DNA of 64,000 nucleotides from an uncultured Gammaproteobacteria bacterium. GTDB taxonomy: Bacteria; Patescibacteriota; Microgenomatia; Levybacterales; UBA12049. The notes below the pieces were generated by a model that was given only the letters and a program-made list of their open reading frames with translations, searched no databases and was not told the origin of the DNA. How positions within the stretch are numbered: the first letter of the stretch is position 1; each line of letters opens with the position of its first letter. This document shows, one piece after another, positions 49,072 through 59,163 of the stretch. The stretch is from the NCBI GenBank assembly GCA_964416505.1, contig CAYQEJ010000001.1, positions 146,363 to 210,362 of the forward strand. Direction: 5' to 3'. A program made the translations under genes and the position numbers.

Positions 49072-50242
49072 TTGCGACTTCCTCCAAAACTTTTAATGTT
49101 TCTCTTGCAGATTTTTCCCAAGAAAAACTTTCTACTTGTTTTTTACCTTTAGCAACTAACTCTCTCCTTAAGCCTTCATCTTCTAGAAGCTTCTTTATTT
49201 TCAAAGCAATATCGTTAGCATCATTTGGATTTACATATAAAGCTGCATCTCCACCCACCTCAGGAAGTGAAGAAATATTACTTGTTATTACCGCAGTTCC
49301 ATAACTCATAGCTTCTAGAACAGGTAGTCCAAATCCTTCATAGAGACTTGGTAAAATAAAGAACTCTGCATTTTTATAAAGAGATGGAAGATCATCATCT
49401 CCCACATTATTTAAAAATATTACTTTTTCTTTTATTCCATATTTTTCGGGTGCTTCGATTATTTCATCAAACTGCCAACCTTTTTTTCCCACAATGACAA
49501 GCTTAACGTCATCATCAATTTTTGAAAATGCTTCAATAAGACGAGTTATATTTTTTCGAGGCTGCAGGGTTCCAACAAAGAGTATATATTTTTTATTTAT
49601 ACTAAATTTATCTTTCAACTCATTCATATCTAAAAACCCAGATTTAGTTAATTTTGTATTCATTCCAGGATAAACCACTTCTATTTTTTCTGCCCTTTGA
49701 TGATACTCATTAATTATATCATTCTTACTGGATTCACTAATCGTAAGGATTTTCTTCGCATGTCTTGCTGAGTATGCAGTCCATCTCTTTAATTGAAATA
49801 AATCTTTTCTCTTGAATAACTTTGGGAAGTAAATATATGAGATATCTAAAATCGAAACTACGCTTTTTCTTGGAGCAAAGATAGGAAGATAATGGGTCGG
49901 GGAAAAAAAGACATCTATATTCTTTTTAACGGAAAACAAATGAGGCGAAAGAGCAGTTAAAGTCCAAAGCTTTCTTTGAGGAATTACTGTATATTTCCAT
50001 TTTTCATTTGCCTCGGGAAGATCATTCGTAGGACTAATGGGTAAAAATATTTCATATTCGTTTTTTTTATCGAGCTTATATAGATTAATTAAAAGTTCAT
50101 AGCAATACTGACTGCTTCCCACTCTATTCGGAAGCCCAGTCTCAGGGCTATAACCGAATCTCGCAATAACAGCTTCAAAACCATTTATTCCTATTCTCAT
50201 ACTAAATTGACGGATAAATAACTTTAATTTTCGATGAATCAA
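49064..50242 (-). CDS. GT4 family glycosyltransferase
   Basis: EGFGLPVLEAMSYGTAVITSN. The real start is probably the internal MRIGINGF. Confidence 0.8.
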   Translation of the reverse strand: MIHRKLKLFIRQFSMRIGINGFEAVIARFGYSPETGLPNRVGSSQYCYELLINLYKLDKKNEYEIFLPISPTNDLPEANEKWKYTVIPQRKLWTLTALSPHLFSVKKNIDVFFSPTHYLPIFAPRKSVVSILDISYIYFPKLFKRKDLFQLKRWTAYSARHAKKILTISESSKNDIINEYHQRAEKIEVVYPGMNTKLTKSGFLDMNELKDKFSINKKYILFVGTLQPRKNITRLIEAFSKIDDDVKLVIVGKKGWQFDEIIEAPEKYGIKEKVIFLNNVGDDDLPSLYKNAEFFILPSLYEGFGLPVLEAMSYGTAVITSNISSLPEVGGDAALYVNPNDANDIALKIKKLLEDEGLRRELVAKGKKQVESFSWEKSARETLKVLEEVANG

Positions 50243-50732
50243 TTCTTAATATTTCTTCTATATCTCTTTTACTTGACTGGGAAATTGTAAATATAAGATC
50301 TGACTCTTTCTTTACCCAATCTAATTTTCTTTTTTGAGTTTTAATAATTTTCTTATGAGTTTCATTAGGATATTTAAAAATAATCATGTCATAAATAATT
50401 GTAGCTTTTTTAGCTTTTCGAGCAGGAGGTTCAGTCCAATCAGATGTAATAAATATATCAACATCTCCTACGAAGTTTTCTATAGGATGTTTATGGATCG
50501 TATTCCACATAAAATTAAGTGCTGTTGGAGGAAATTTAAATTTTTTTATTTTTACATTCGGTTTTTCAAATTCATTTAAAAATAGCGGAGTTTTACCACG
50601 AAGGCTCGAAAAAAATAAAACATATTCATTTTTATTGTCAATTTCTAAAAGATTAGTTAGCCAGTTTCTTAAATAATTTGCTACTCCAGTACCTGGGTAT
50701 GCAAGCTGACTTATATCCACACCAATTCTCAT
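50202..50732 (-). pseudogene. GT4 N-terminal-domain-only fragment, paralogous to N-terminus of 49064..50242 (truncated duplicate / possible pseudogene)
   Basis: MRIGVDISQL...NKNEYVLF...TISQSSKRDI...VIYPSI parallels MRIGINGFEA...KKNEYEIF...TISESSKNDI...VVYPGM in the neighbouring full-length GT4. The ORF stops exactly at the domain boundary. Confidence 0.45.
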
Positions 50733-50962
50733 TTAGATTTATTATGACGAAGATTTACTAAATTTAAAATAGTAGCAATTAAGAAAAACAAAAATGCATA
50801 CCAAATAAGCCTTTCTGCTGTAAAAAATATCCATTTAGCAAATAAAGGGATCGAAAAGATGATAGAAAAAAGACCTGCATAAACGAATAGCCTAGGATCT
50901 CTTTTGAAAAAGAGTGGAACAAGAATAAATAAAAATAATAAATCCTGAGGTTTAAATTCCAT
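50729..50962 (-). CDS. small membrane protein (77 aa), downstream partner of the polyprenyl-phosphate GT
   Basis: 2-3 TM helices. A 4-nt overlap couples it to the GtrB-like gene, as with DUF2304/GtrA-type partners. Confidence 0.4.
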   Translation of the reverse strand: MEFKPQDLLFLFILVPLFFKRDPRLFVYAGLFSIIFSIPLFAKWIFFTAERLIWYAFLFFLIATILNLVNLRHNKSK

Positions 50963-51891
50963 TATTTACTGGAATATTTTATTAACACATTTGATTCATT
51001 GTGATTTTTACTTGAAATATTTAAAATGAGATCAGCAATTAGTCCTGTAAATGCTGCCTGAAGACCTGAAATGATTAAAAGCATTCCAAGAAAAAGAAGA
51101 GGGCGCCTTCCGATTGATTCTCCTTGAAAATGAAGAAGTGAAAGATAGATAGAGATTACTAGACCTAACAACACCAATAAACCACCGAAGAATCCAAAAA
51201 AATGAAGTGGTCTTTTGCTATATTTACTTAAGAAAATCATGGTTAACATATCAGGCATTTGCGTAAGAACTTTTATTGCTCCGTATTTTGATTTTCCCCA
51301 TCTCCTCTCATCATGAACTACTGCAACTTCCGTAACTTTAAATCCTTCCTGCGCTACTAAGAGCGGAATAAATCTATGCATTCCTCCGTATAAATTTACT
51401 GATTTTGCTGCTTCGCTGATATACAACTTTAAGCCACAGTTATAATCATGAAGCCTAACTCCCCAAAAAGTAGATGCAGATAAGTTAAACATTCTTGAAA
51501 AAATTATTTTCATAAATGAATCTTTTCTGTTTTTTCTCCAACCAGAAACCATATCATAACCTTCCTTGTGTTTTTCAATCAGCTTAATCACCTCAGATGG
51601 CTTATCTTGTAAATCAGCATCCATTGTAACAATCAAATCTCCTTTTGCTTTTTGAAATCCGAAAGTAAGAGCCTCAGCCTTCCCATGGTTTCTTCTAAAA
51701 GAATAAATTTTAATGCTAGAATCTTTTTTTTCAAGATCTCTAACAATAGAAAGAGTATTATCGCTAGATCCATCGTCTATAAAAAGGATTTCATATTCTT
51801 TTGAAAGATTTTTAGCGTGCTTTGTGAGCTCTTCGTAAAAATGAAGTATACTTTCTTCTTCGTTAAAAACTGGAATTACGTAGGTAATCAT
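50962..51891 (-). CDS. polyprenyl-phosphate glycosyltransferase (ArnC/GtrB/DPM1-like GT2 with C-terminal TM helices)
   Basis: YVIPVFNEEESI, FIDDGSSDNT and TMDADLQD motifs. Two C-terminal TM helices. Confidence 0.8.
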   Translation of the reverse strand: MITYVIPVFNEEESILHFYEELTKHAKNLSKEYEILFIDDGSSDNTLSIVRDLEKKDSSIKIYSFRRNHGKAEALTFGFQKAKGDLIVTMDADLQDKPSEVIKLIEKHKEGYDMVSGWRKNRKDSFMKIIFSRMFNLSASTFWGVRLHDYNCGLKLYISEAAKSVNLYGGMHRFIPLLVAQEGFKVTEVAVVHDERRWGKSKYGAIKVLTQMPDMLTMIFLSKYSKRPLHFFGFFGGLLVLLGLVISIYLSLLHFQGESIGRRPLLFLGMLLIISGLQAAFTGLIADLILNISSKNHNESNVLIKYSSK

Positions 51892-51911
51892 AGGGATTTA
51901 TGCGTATTTTA

Positions 51912-53912
51912 TCATTTCCTGATTCTTTTTGCTAAATTGAGAATTAAAACCCCAGCAAGAATCACAAAAGTAAAACTGGTAATTAATAATCCCATATCTA
52001 CCCATTTTTGTGGTTTGTAATAAATTTTAAACTTATAGCTACCATCATCTTGAAGACGAAAACTATTTAACCCTTTATAATTTTGAGCTTGCAAGGCCTG
52101 GCCTTTAGACTGAGAGTTTTGCGAGGCTAAATTTATACCAGCCCATCCACTATCATATCCTTGAGAAAAAACAATCAGATCCCCTTTCCTTGCGTTTTTT
52201 ATATTTAAATCGTATTCTGTAGGATTTATAAATTTCCAATCTATTGTAAAAAATCTTTCTTGATCTTTTATCTCAGGCCATGAAAATAGATCTGCATAAG
52301 AATTCGTTTGATAAACAACATTTCCATCAGCATATATTTTCTGTAAAAATCCTATTTGATCGAGCCTACTAATTACTTTTTGTCTTTTAGAATCATCATA
52401 ATTTCTTTCGGTTAGGAATATTTCGGCATCAGTATCCATTGGAACTATTACATAATCTATTGCATATCTGGAAAGCCCTTCTTTTGAAATCTTTTCAATG
52501 TTTTTACCTTTGAATAATACCTCTGAATCTATCGCCGGGATATGCGGATCAAAGTATCCATACTTTTCTCTTCTTGGAACCCACATAGTTCTTGAAAAGT
52601 CAAAACCAGTCTGACTTGGATTTTTTAATAATGTATTTAGTCTTATGTACTCTGCTGGAATTTCCTCTGGCTTAAATATACCCATTAATTCTCCAGTCCA
52701 ACCAGGCTTTAATAAAAATAAATAAAAACAAACAAAAATAGTAATTATTAAGTATCTATATTTTCCAAATTTATCTGAAACCAAATTTAAAAAATAAGGA
52801 ATTAAAATACTAAATGAAATTGCGATTAATAAATAGAATTTTGTCGAGTCTCTAAACAAGGAAAAACCTGGAAGATGCTGAAACAAAAAAACATATATTT
52901 CTCCAAAGGGATTATTTGTCCCTTTTGAAAGAAATATTCCAATCAAAGAGATTGTTGCTAAAAATAAAATTTCCTTTTTTGCTTTATAAATTAATGATCC
53001 AAAAACTAAAATCGGAAGAATCAAAAACTCAGGACGCTGAAAATAAATCTTCCCAAAAATGTTTTCAGGCCAATTTGGATGAAGAAATGAAAAAGCATTT
53101 TCTAGATTCGCAAAACTTAAAAACCTAACTCCTTCGATTGAAGTATATGAATTTACCGTTGAGGAAATATTTTTTGAAAAAACTGAAAAAACGATTGGAA
53201 AAATCCAATATGAATTTAAGAATCCTGCAATAAAAAAATTAAAACCTAGATAAATTATTTTTTTGATATTTAAATCTCTGAAATTAAATAAAATCCATAT
53301 TGAAAAGATTAAAATTACCAATAGCGCAACTCTCGGATCCATTGCTATCAATAATCCACAAATCAATCCTGAAAAACTAAGTGAATTTAATTTTGGATTT
53401 ACAAATACTTTCATTAACGAATATAAAGCAAGCGGTGCTAATGCATATGCAAAGGCTATTCCAAATTGTCCTCCAGCGACAATAAGAAGAATATAGGTAT
53501 TAAATGTGTAAATTATCGATGAAATTACCCTGAACCAATCATTTTTTATAAATAATCCCGAAAATTTATAAGATGAGGTTGTCGATATTAAAATAAATGG
53601 AATTAACCAGAATATTCTCTGCGATAACCACCAGGGTAGCTCAAATTTATTCGAGATGAAGTATGCAAAATTTGCATAAAGATCAATCCACATTGTTTTT
53701 AATGCATTTCCCCCAACTCCTCCATTTCCCATGTAGTCCCAGGCAAGAGAAGAAAAAGGAGAAAAATTTCTGGATTCCGGAAACAATAAAGGCCAATCAT
53801 GAGCTACAAATGGAAGCTTTGAAATAAACGGAATAGAAAATAAACCAATAAAAACTATGAGAGGAATAAATTTAATTACCTTTATCATTTTTAAATATGT
53901 TTCTGTAAACAC
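51912..53912 (-). CDS. large polytopic GT-C-like membrane protein (666 aa), paralogue of 54204..57512
   Basis: ~11 TM helices with a shared HLPGF(S/A)(L/I)FR motif. Then a ~250-aa extracytoplasmic domain, a YYKPQKW motif and a C-terminal TM anchor. Confidence 0.5.
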   Translation of the reverse strand: MFTETYLKMIKVIKFIPLIVFIGLFSIPFISKLPFVAHDWPLLFPESRNFSPFSSLAWDYMGNGGVGGNALKTMWIDLYANFAYFISNKFELPWWLSQRIFWLIPFILISTTSSYKFSGLFIKNDWFRVISSIIYTFNTYILLIVAGGQFGIAFAYALAPLALYSLMKVFVNPKLNSLSFSGLICGLLIAMDPRVALLVILIFSIWILFNFRDLNIKKIIYLGFNFFIAGFLNSYWIFPIVFSVFSKNISSTVNSYTSIEGVRFLSFANLENAFSFLHPNWPENIFGKIYFQRPEFLILPILVFGSLIYKAKKEILFLATISLIGIFLSKGTNNPFGEIYVFLFQHLPGFSLFRDSTKFYLLIAISFSILIPYFLNLVSDKFGKYRYLIITIFVCFYLFLLKPGWTGELMGIFKPEEIPAEYIRLNTLLKNPSQTGFDFSRTMWVPRREKYGYFDPHIPAIDSEVLFKGKNIEKISKEGLSRYAIDYVIVPMDTDAEIFLTERNYDDSKRQKVISRLDQIGFLQKIYADGNVVYQTNSYADLFSWPEIKDQERFFTIDWKFINPTEYDLNIKNARKGDLIVFSQGYDSGWAGINLASQNSQSKGQALQAQNYKGLNSFRLQDDGSYKFKIYYKPQKWVDMGLLITSFTFVILAGVLILNLAKRIRK

Positions 53913-54207
53913 TTCTTATAAATCCTAGTACCATTATAGTGTAACCGTAAAAAGCGATTTTTTCAGCTGTATATTCCTGCCCAATTATAATAGTGGGTAT
54001 AGAAGAGATAATTACAAGAAATGAAATTAAAAAGATGTATCTTGTTGATAAATTAAGAATTGAAATTATTAAAGAAAGCGCTATTAGAATAAGAAGCTGA
54101 GTACTTAAAATAATATTAAAATACGGAAGATTTGATAGAAAAAATAGCACAAATAATAATGCTATAGAAAATACATTTAACTTTATTTTAAGAAAATTTA
54201 ATTTCAT
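53872..54207 (-). CDS. small membrane protein (111 aa)
   Basis: 3 TM helices. Overlaps both neighbours. Confidence 0.35.
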   Translation of the reverse strand: MKLNFLKIKLNVFSIALLFVLFFLSNLPYFNIILSTQLLILIALSLIISILNLSTRYIFLISFLVIISSIPTIIIGQEYTAEKIAFYGYTIMVLGFIRSVYRNIFKNDKGN

Positions 54208-57200
54208 TTTTTTCTTTTATAAATTAAACAAATTATTGAAATTAAAGTAGCTATTGTTACAATTCCTCCCAGATAAAAGGCTTTTTGAGGTTCATAATAA
54301 ACTGTAAATTCATAATCTCCTGGTTTATCAATATACCAACTATTGGAGTAGCCATTACTTTTTATGTGACCTTCCTCAAATATTGCTTTACTGAAGAATA
54401 ATGAAAAAATATTTTTATTTCCTTCATAGATTTTCCAACCCGGACTATACGCATTATTAATAGTTAAAATAAATGGAGCTGAAGCTTTTTGAATTTTGAC
54501 AATTGTTTTTGATGGATCAATTTTTTCGTATTCAACTTTAGGCGTAGAATTTCTGTCGCTAGATATGGTTTGAGATAAGTATATATTTGCGTCATAATCT
54601 TCACTAAGTAGAACATTTTTAATCCTTATTTGCTCATTAGTTGAGTCGCTATTTGTTAGATTGATTTTTGAATAATTAATAAGTAGATCTTTACTAAGCT
54701 TTAAACTGTATACACGTGATTCGGGATGATGCTTAAGATCTATTGTGATTTTGTTAGATTTTTCATTATTTCTTAGATATAAATCAAGAAATGTATCCTT
54801 AGGTGTAAAATATTCAAAAGTTAAATAATGATCCTTTTCATTTGCGCCTTGAGGATGTTCAACTTCAATGCTTCCATTTAGCTTTAGCTCTTTATCTTTT
54901 TCATCCTGTTTATATTCTTGGGTGATAATCTCAATGATATGCGAACCTGTTTTTAAATGATAATTATTATTTATGGCCATGTATTTTCCATCAAGCATAA
55001 AATTTTCTTTTCTATTTTTAGAATATGAACCGATAAAATAATCTCCTTCTTTATCGATATTTATTATCAACTTTTTATTCATTCCTGTTGAATACCAAAA
55101 ATCGGATTGAAGTTCTTTTTCTTTTTTATTCACAAAATAATTCAACTCCTTATTTACTGAGGAATCTAAGTCAAAATTAATTTCTTTTAAATAACTTAAT
55201 TGAGCTTCTAAATAGGTGTAGATTTTTATGTTATATTTGTTTTTCTCAATTTCACTTAGATTTTTAGCTTTCAAAACAGCGTTCTCAATTTCTGATTTGT
55301 ACTCATCACTTACAGACTTCAAATATTTTTCTTTTTGCAAAGCGGATAAATCTTCACTTCTTAGAATTCCTTTATATTCTGATATCCTCTTATTCGCCAT
55401 AGATAAATTGAAGTCAATTTCTCCAGGACCATTTGAAAATTTAGCTCTTAATTTATTTTCTCTATATTTTTTAATTTTATAGAAAATAGAACCTGGAAGA
55501 ATATTTGAATCATTAATTTCTATCTGATTTTTTAAGTTATTAAATTCTCTGTCCTGACATAAATAACATTCTGGCTCAAAATAACTTTTTTTAGAAATTT
55601 TTCCAATAATATCTCTACTTAAATCATTCTCAGCTTCATTAAATACAGCTATTGAACTCTTGTCTTCATTTCCTAAGAGATATTCCAGATGTTTTTTGTT
55701 AATGTTGGCGTCTATAACCTTTTCCTGAGCTGATGCATAAGGGGTATAATTCGAAGAACTTACATCATAAATTTCCCATTCTCCATACTTTTTATCAAGC
55801 GAGACATTCGAAGAACCAATTATTCCATCTATTTCTTTTGATAGATTATGGATATCTGTTTTTTTATCGTTATACAAAACATCATTTCTTAGAATTAATT
55901 TATTAATACCAAACATTCCCAACAACTTGTTCGAATAATCTTTATTATCAGATTCATAAATTTCATTTATAATTTCAGGTGACACTGTATCATTTGAAAT
56001 AACCGGATGATTTAAGGATAATTTCGAAATAGGCTCAAGACTCCAAAAACCCCATTTATAACTATCTACCCTATAATAAGGATCAAGCCTGGGGAGCAGA
56101 AGAATATTTAAATCTTTTTTATCCGAATTTAAATAATTATTTGCCTCATAAATATAATTTGGAATTATAACTTTTGTGGTAAATGGATTGCTAAATTTAA
56201 AGAAATTACTCGCAAAAAATGGAAAGTGATAAAAAAGAATAAAGATAACACTCGATAAAACAACAATTTTATAAACTTTTTTACTCTTTACATATTTATT
56301 AATAATAAGATTTAAATAAATTGCAGATAAAAAGATTAAAGACATCCAAAGGGCGGGACCGAATTTATAAATAGCTGAACGAAATATTGCAAAACCAGGT
56401 AAATGTTTAACTAAAAATACATATAAAAAACCAAACGGAGGATGTGAGCCTGATGCGAAAACTACTCCGATTATCATAATTATCAAAAGTAAATAAATTA
56501 TTTTTGCTTTATCTTTTAAGGATGACATTTTTATTAGTGAAAGACCTGCAACTATAAGAAGTATGGGAATAAAACTTAGAACAATTAACGCAGGATTATT
56601 TATAAACTCTCCTGCATAAATATGATTAGGATTGTCGTACCAATCTGGAATCCCCTGAAGCCTTAAAAGATTCAAAATGCTAGCATATTTATTTATAGCT
56701 GCTTCCCATGCAAGTATTCCTGAAATTCCTCCTACCGAAGACAGCATTCCTGAATATGAATTAAGAGCTGTATAAATTTGAGGAAAAATAAAATAGGAGT
56801 TAATAAGAAAAAATCCTAAGAAAATGGAGAGAAAAACTTTCATAGAAAATATTATTTCTTTAAAACCATTTCTTTTTATATTTGTTAGAGTTAAAAATAA
56901 AAATGTAACTGCATATGTCAAAACCAATGATCCGTAAAGAGGCGGTGACCCTCCGCCATTAAGAAAGAAGCTAAGCAAACTAAAAAGGATCGTAGATCTC
57001 AATAAAGAATATTCCCTACTTAATGCCTTATAAATTATCAAAAAACCCAAAGGAAGAGCTGCAAAAAGAGAAAATTTGGCTCGCTCAGCAATAAACCAAC
57101 CCTGAAGAATGAAAAAATTATACATATAGAATATGCTTCCAATCAGACGAGCAGGTGCATATTCCTTTTCGGGAAAGAAATTTCTTATCGTTACGTACAT

Positions 57201-57512
57201 GGCTAGACCCATGATGAAAAACCAAAAAATAAAAGTGGCAATTTCCCCTAACCATACAGAATTAAAAATAAAACTAAAAAATGATTCAGGAGCTTGAATT
57301 ATCAGAAAACCTTTTAAAATCGCCCAATCAGAACCAAAATTATGGTTTGCGTTCCAAGAGTAAAATAAATTTTTTAAATGTTCAAAGTAATTAAGCCTAA
57401 AACCAGAATCATGACCGATTATTATTTCACCATTTCTTAACCACCAAATTGGAGTTAAGCTTAATAAAAAAATTAACAACAATTCTGAATTTCTCTTAAA
57501 AAAACTAATCAT
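54204..57512 (-). CDS. giant polytopic GT-C-like membrane protein (1102 aa) with ~650-aa extracytoplasmic domain and C-terminal TM anchor
   Basis: The N-terminal ~450 aa are paralogous to 51912..53912 (FLYVFLVKHLPGFAIFR vs IYVFLFQHLPGFSLFR). The C-terminus (YYEPQKAF + TM) is also shared. Confidence 0.5.
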   Translation of the reverse strand: MISFFKRNSELLLIFLLSLTPIWWLRNGEIIIGHDSGFRLNYFEHLKNLFYSWNANHNFGSDWAILKGFLIIQAPESFFSFIFNSVWLGEIATFIFWFFIMGLAMYVTIRNFFPEKEYAPARLIGSIFYMYNFFILQGWFIAERAKFSLFAALPLGFLIIYKALSREYSLLRSTILFSLLSFFLNGGGSPPLYGSLVLTYAVTFLFLTLTNIKRNGFKEIIFSMKVFLSIFLGFFLINSYFIFPQIYTALNSYSGMLSSVGGISGILAWEAAINKYASILNLLRLQGIPDWYDNPNHIYAGEFINNPALIVLSFIPILLIVAGLSLIKMSSLKDKAKIIYLLLIIMIIGVVFASGSHPPFGFLYVFLVKHLPGFAIFRSAIYKFGPALWMSLIFLSAIYLNLIINKYVKSKKVYKIVVLSSVIFILFYHFPFFASNFFKFSNPFTTKVIIPNYIYEANNYLNSDKKDLNILLLPRLDPYYRVDSYKWGFWSLEPISKLSLNHPVISNDTVSPEIINEIYESDNKDYSNKLLGMFGINKLILRNDVLYNDKKTDIHNLSKEIDGIIGSSNVSLDKKYGEWEIYDVSSSNYTPYASAQEKVIDANINKKHLEYLLGNEDKSSIAVFNEAENDLSRDIIGKISKKSYFEPECYLCQDREFNNLKNQIEINDSNILPGSIFYKIKKYRENKLRAKFSNGPGEIDFNLSMANKRISEYKGILRSEDLSALQKEKYLKSVSDEYKSEIENAVLKAKNLSEIEKNKYNIKIYTYLEAQLSYLKEINFDLDSSVNKELNYFVNKKEKELQSDFWYSTGMNKKLIINIDKEGDYFIGSYSKNRKENFMLDGKYMAINNNYHLKTGSHIIEIITQEYKQDEKDKELKLNGSIEVEHPQGANEKDHYLTFEYFTPKDTFLDLYLRNNEKSNKITIDLKHHPESRVYSLKLSKDLLINYSKINLTNSDSTNEQIRIKNVLLSEDYDANIYLSQTISSDRNSTPKVEYEKIDPSKTIVKIQKASAPFILTINNAYSPGWKIYEGNKNIFSLFFSKAIFEEGHIKSNGYSNSWYIDKPGDYEFTVYYEPQKAFYLGGIVTIATLISIICLIYKRKK

Positions 57513-59163
57513 TTATATCTCCACTTAAACTAGAGACGCGCTCTCTTGTTTCCCTTGTGATATCTATTACTCTATTTGTTTTACTTTCTATAAAAAACCC
57601 GTGAACGATTTCGGGAGTTAATTTTTCAGAATTTATAACTCCTACCATTTTATCTATATCTTGAAAATAACCAAAACCTAAACTTCCTTTTGAATCATAT
57701 CCTTCAGCACCAAGATCCCACAGAAAATTTTCAGTTAAAAAACTTGAAGGAATTTTTCCAGTATCAAAATTCCATACCTCGATAACATATCCTAATCCAT
57801 TCTGAAAAGGATTAGTGATACTACCATAATAACTTTTATCGCTAATTACGTAATAAATAGAGTTATTCTCAGGATTTGGATAAATATTTGTTATTCCTTT
57901 CAATACAGCAATTCTTTGCGATCCAATTTCCTGTTGAAAATTAATTTCTTTTTTAATTATCTGAACATTATGTAACATGTAAAATGAAATAACTGGAATT
58001 ATTAAAATTAAGAAAATTTTATTAATTTTAACTAAATAGTTAATAAATATTCCTAATAGAATCCCAGCCCCTACAGAAGAAACATAGAAGTACCTAGAGG
58101 AAAGGTAAGAACTATCTCGATGAACTACTACATACGGAAGAAGACTTAAGAAAAAAAACAAAAGAATAAATATGATTCCCTTTTTGGTAAACTTATCTTT
58201 CGTCTTATAAATTAAAAATATAAAGATTCCCAGAATAAAAAATGCTCCAATTGAAGAAACCATATCCGCAGCTATGCTTTGTGCTACTAAATCTCTCACT
58301 GGAGAATCTATAAGAAATTTGTATTGCGTTTTAATTATAAGAGGAGTCAGATTATACAAATCAGTAGGAGGAACGAAAATTTGAAATAAGGATGTAATTG
58401 GGTAAAGAACCAAATGAACAAGAGCAGATCTAACTGGATTATCAGCTACTCCTACAAATCCCGCTGCATTATCATTTCTAAAAAATAATCCTAGATATCT
58501 AAAAAATAAGATTAAAATTCCATAAAAAAACAATGGAGAATGAACAACTAAAAATTCCTTTATTCTTATTTTTTCTTTATATAAGAAAAAAGCTAAAGGA
58601 TAAAGTATAAATAAAAATAATGCACTTTCTTTAAACAACAAAGAAATCAGGCCAAATATATATGAGAAATAAATATATTTCTTATTATTTTTTGAAAGAT
58701 ATTCAACATAAAAAATTAAAGATGCGATCAAAAAAGTAGTCGCAGGCAAACCTCCCACCGCTGCAACCCAAGTAATAGATTGGGATGAAACACTGTTTAG
58801 AGCAAAGAAAAGTGAAGCAAAAAATGAAATCCAAAACTTATTAAATAGTTTTTTAGCTAGATAAAAAACTAACAAAGAATTCAGCGAGTGAATAACTATA
58901 GCAAAAATAGAGATAGGTAAAAGATTAAATTTAAAATGTCCTAATAAAATTAGATTAAGAGCGCGACTTAAAGGTCTTCCACCTCCTAAAAGAAGTTGTT
59001 CTGGAGTTGTGTAATGCACTATATTCCCAGCTCCTTGAACTAATATATGACCAATAGCCTGCCATTCGTCTTGTTGATAGAATGTTTTTGGTAAATCCCA
59101 ATAAACAAATAGTATTAACAGAGGAATTATGACTAAATATATATGTTTAAATACTTTTTGCAT
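57505..59163 (-). CDS. GT-C fold membrane glycosyltransferase (PMT/ArnT-like)
   Basis: First loop YQQDEWQ (DE motif). 552 aa with ~12 TM helices. Confidence 0.5.
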   Translation of the reverse strand: MQKVFKHIYLVIIPLLILFVYWDLPKTFYQQDEWQAIGHILVQGAGNIVHYTTPEQLLLGGGRPLSRALNLILLGHFKFNLLPISIFAIVIHSLNSLLVFYLAKKLFNKFWISFFASLFFALNSVSSQSITWVAAVGGLPATTFLIASLIFYVEYLSKNNKKYIYFSYIFGLISLLFKESALFLFILYPLAFFLYKEKIRIKEFLVVHSPLFFYGILILFFRYLGLFFRNDNAAGFVGVADNPVRSALVHLVLYPITSLFQIFVPPTDLYNLTPLIIKTQYKFLIDSPVRDLVAQSIAADMVSSIGAFFILGIFIFLIYKTKDKFTKKGIIFILLFFFLSLLPYVVVHRDSSYLSSRYFYVSSVGAGILLGIFINYLVKINKIFLILIIPVISFYMLHNVQIIKKEINFQQEIGSQRIAVLKGITNIYPNPENNSIYYVISDKSYYGSITNPFQNGLGYVIEVWNFDTGKIPSSFLTENFLWDLGAEGYDSKGSLGFGYFQDIDKMVGVINSEKLTPEIVHGFFIESKTNRVIDITRETRERVSSLSGDIND

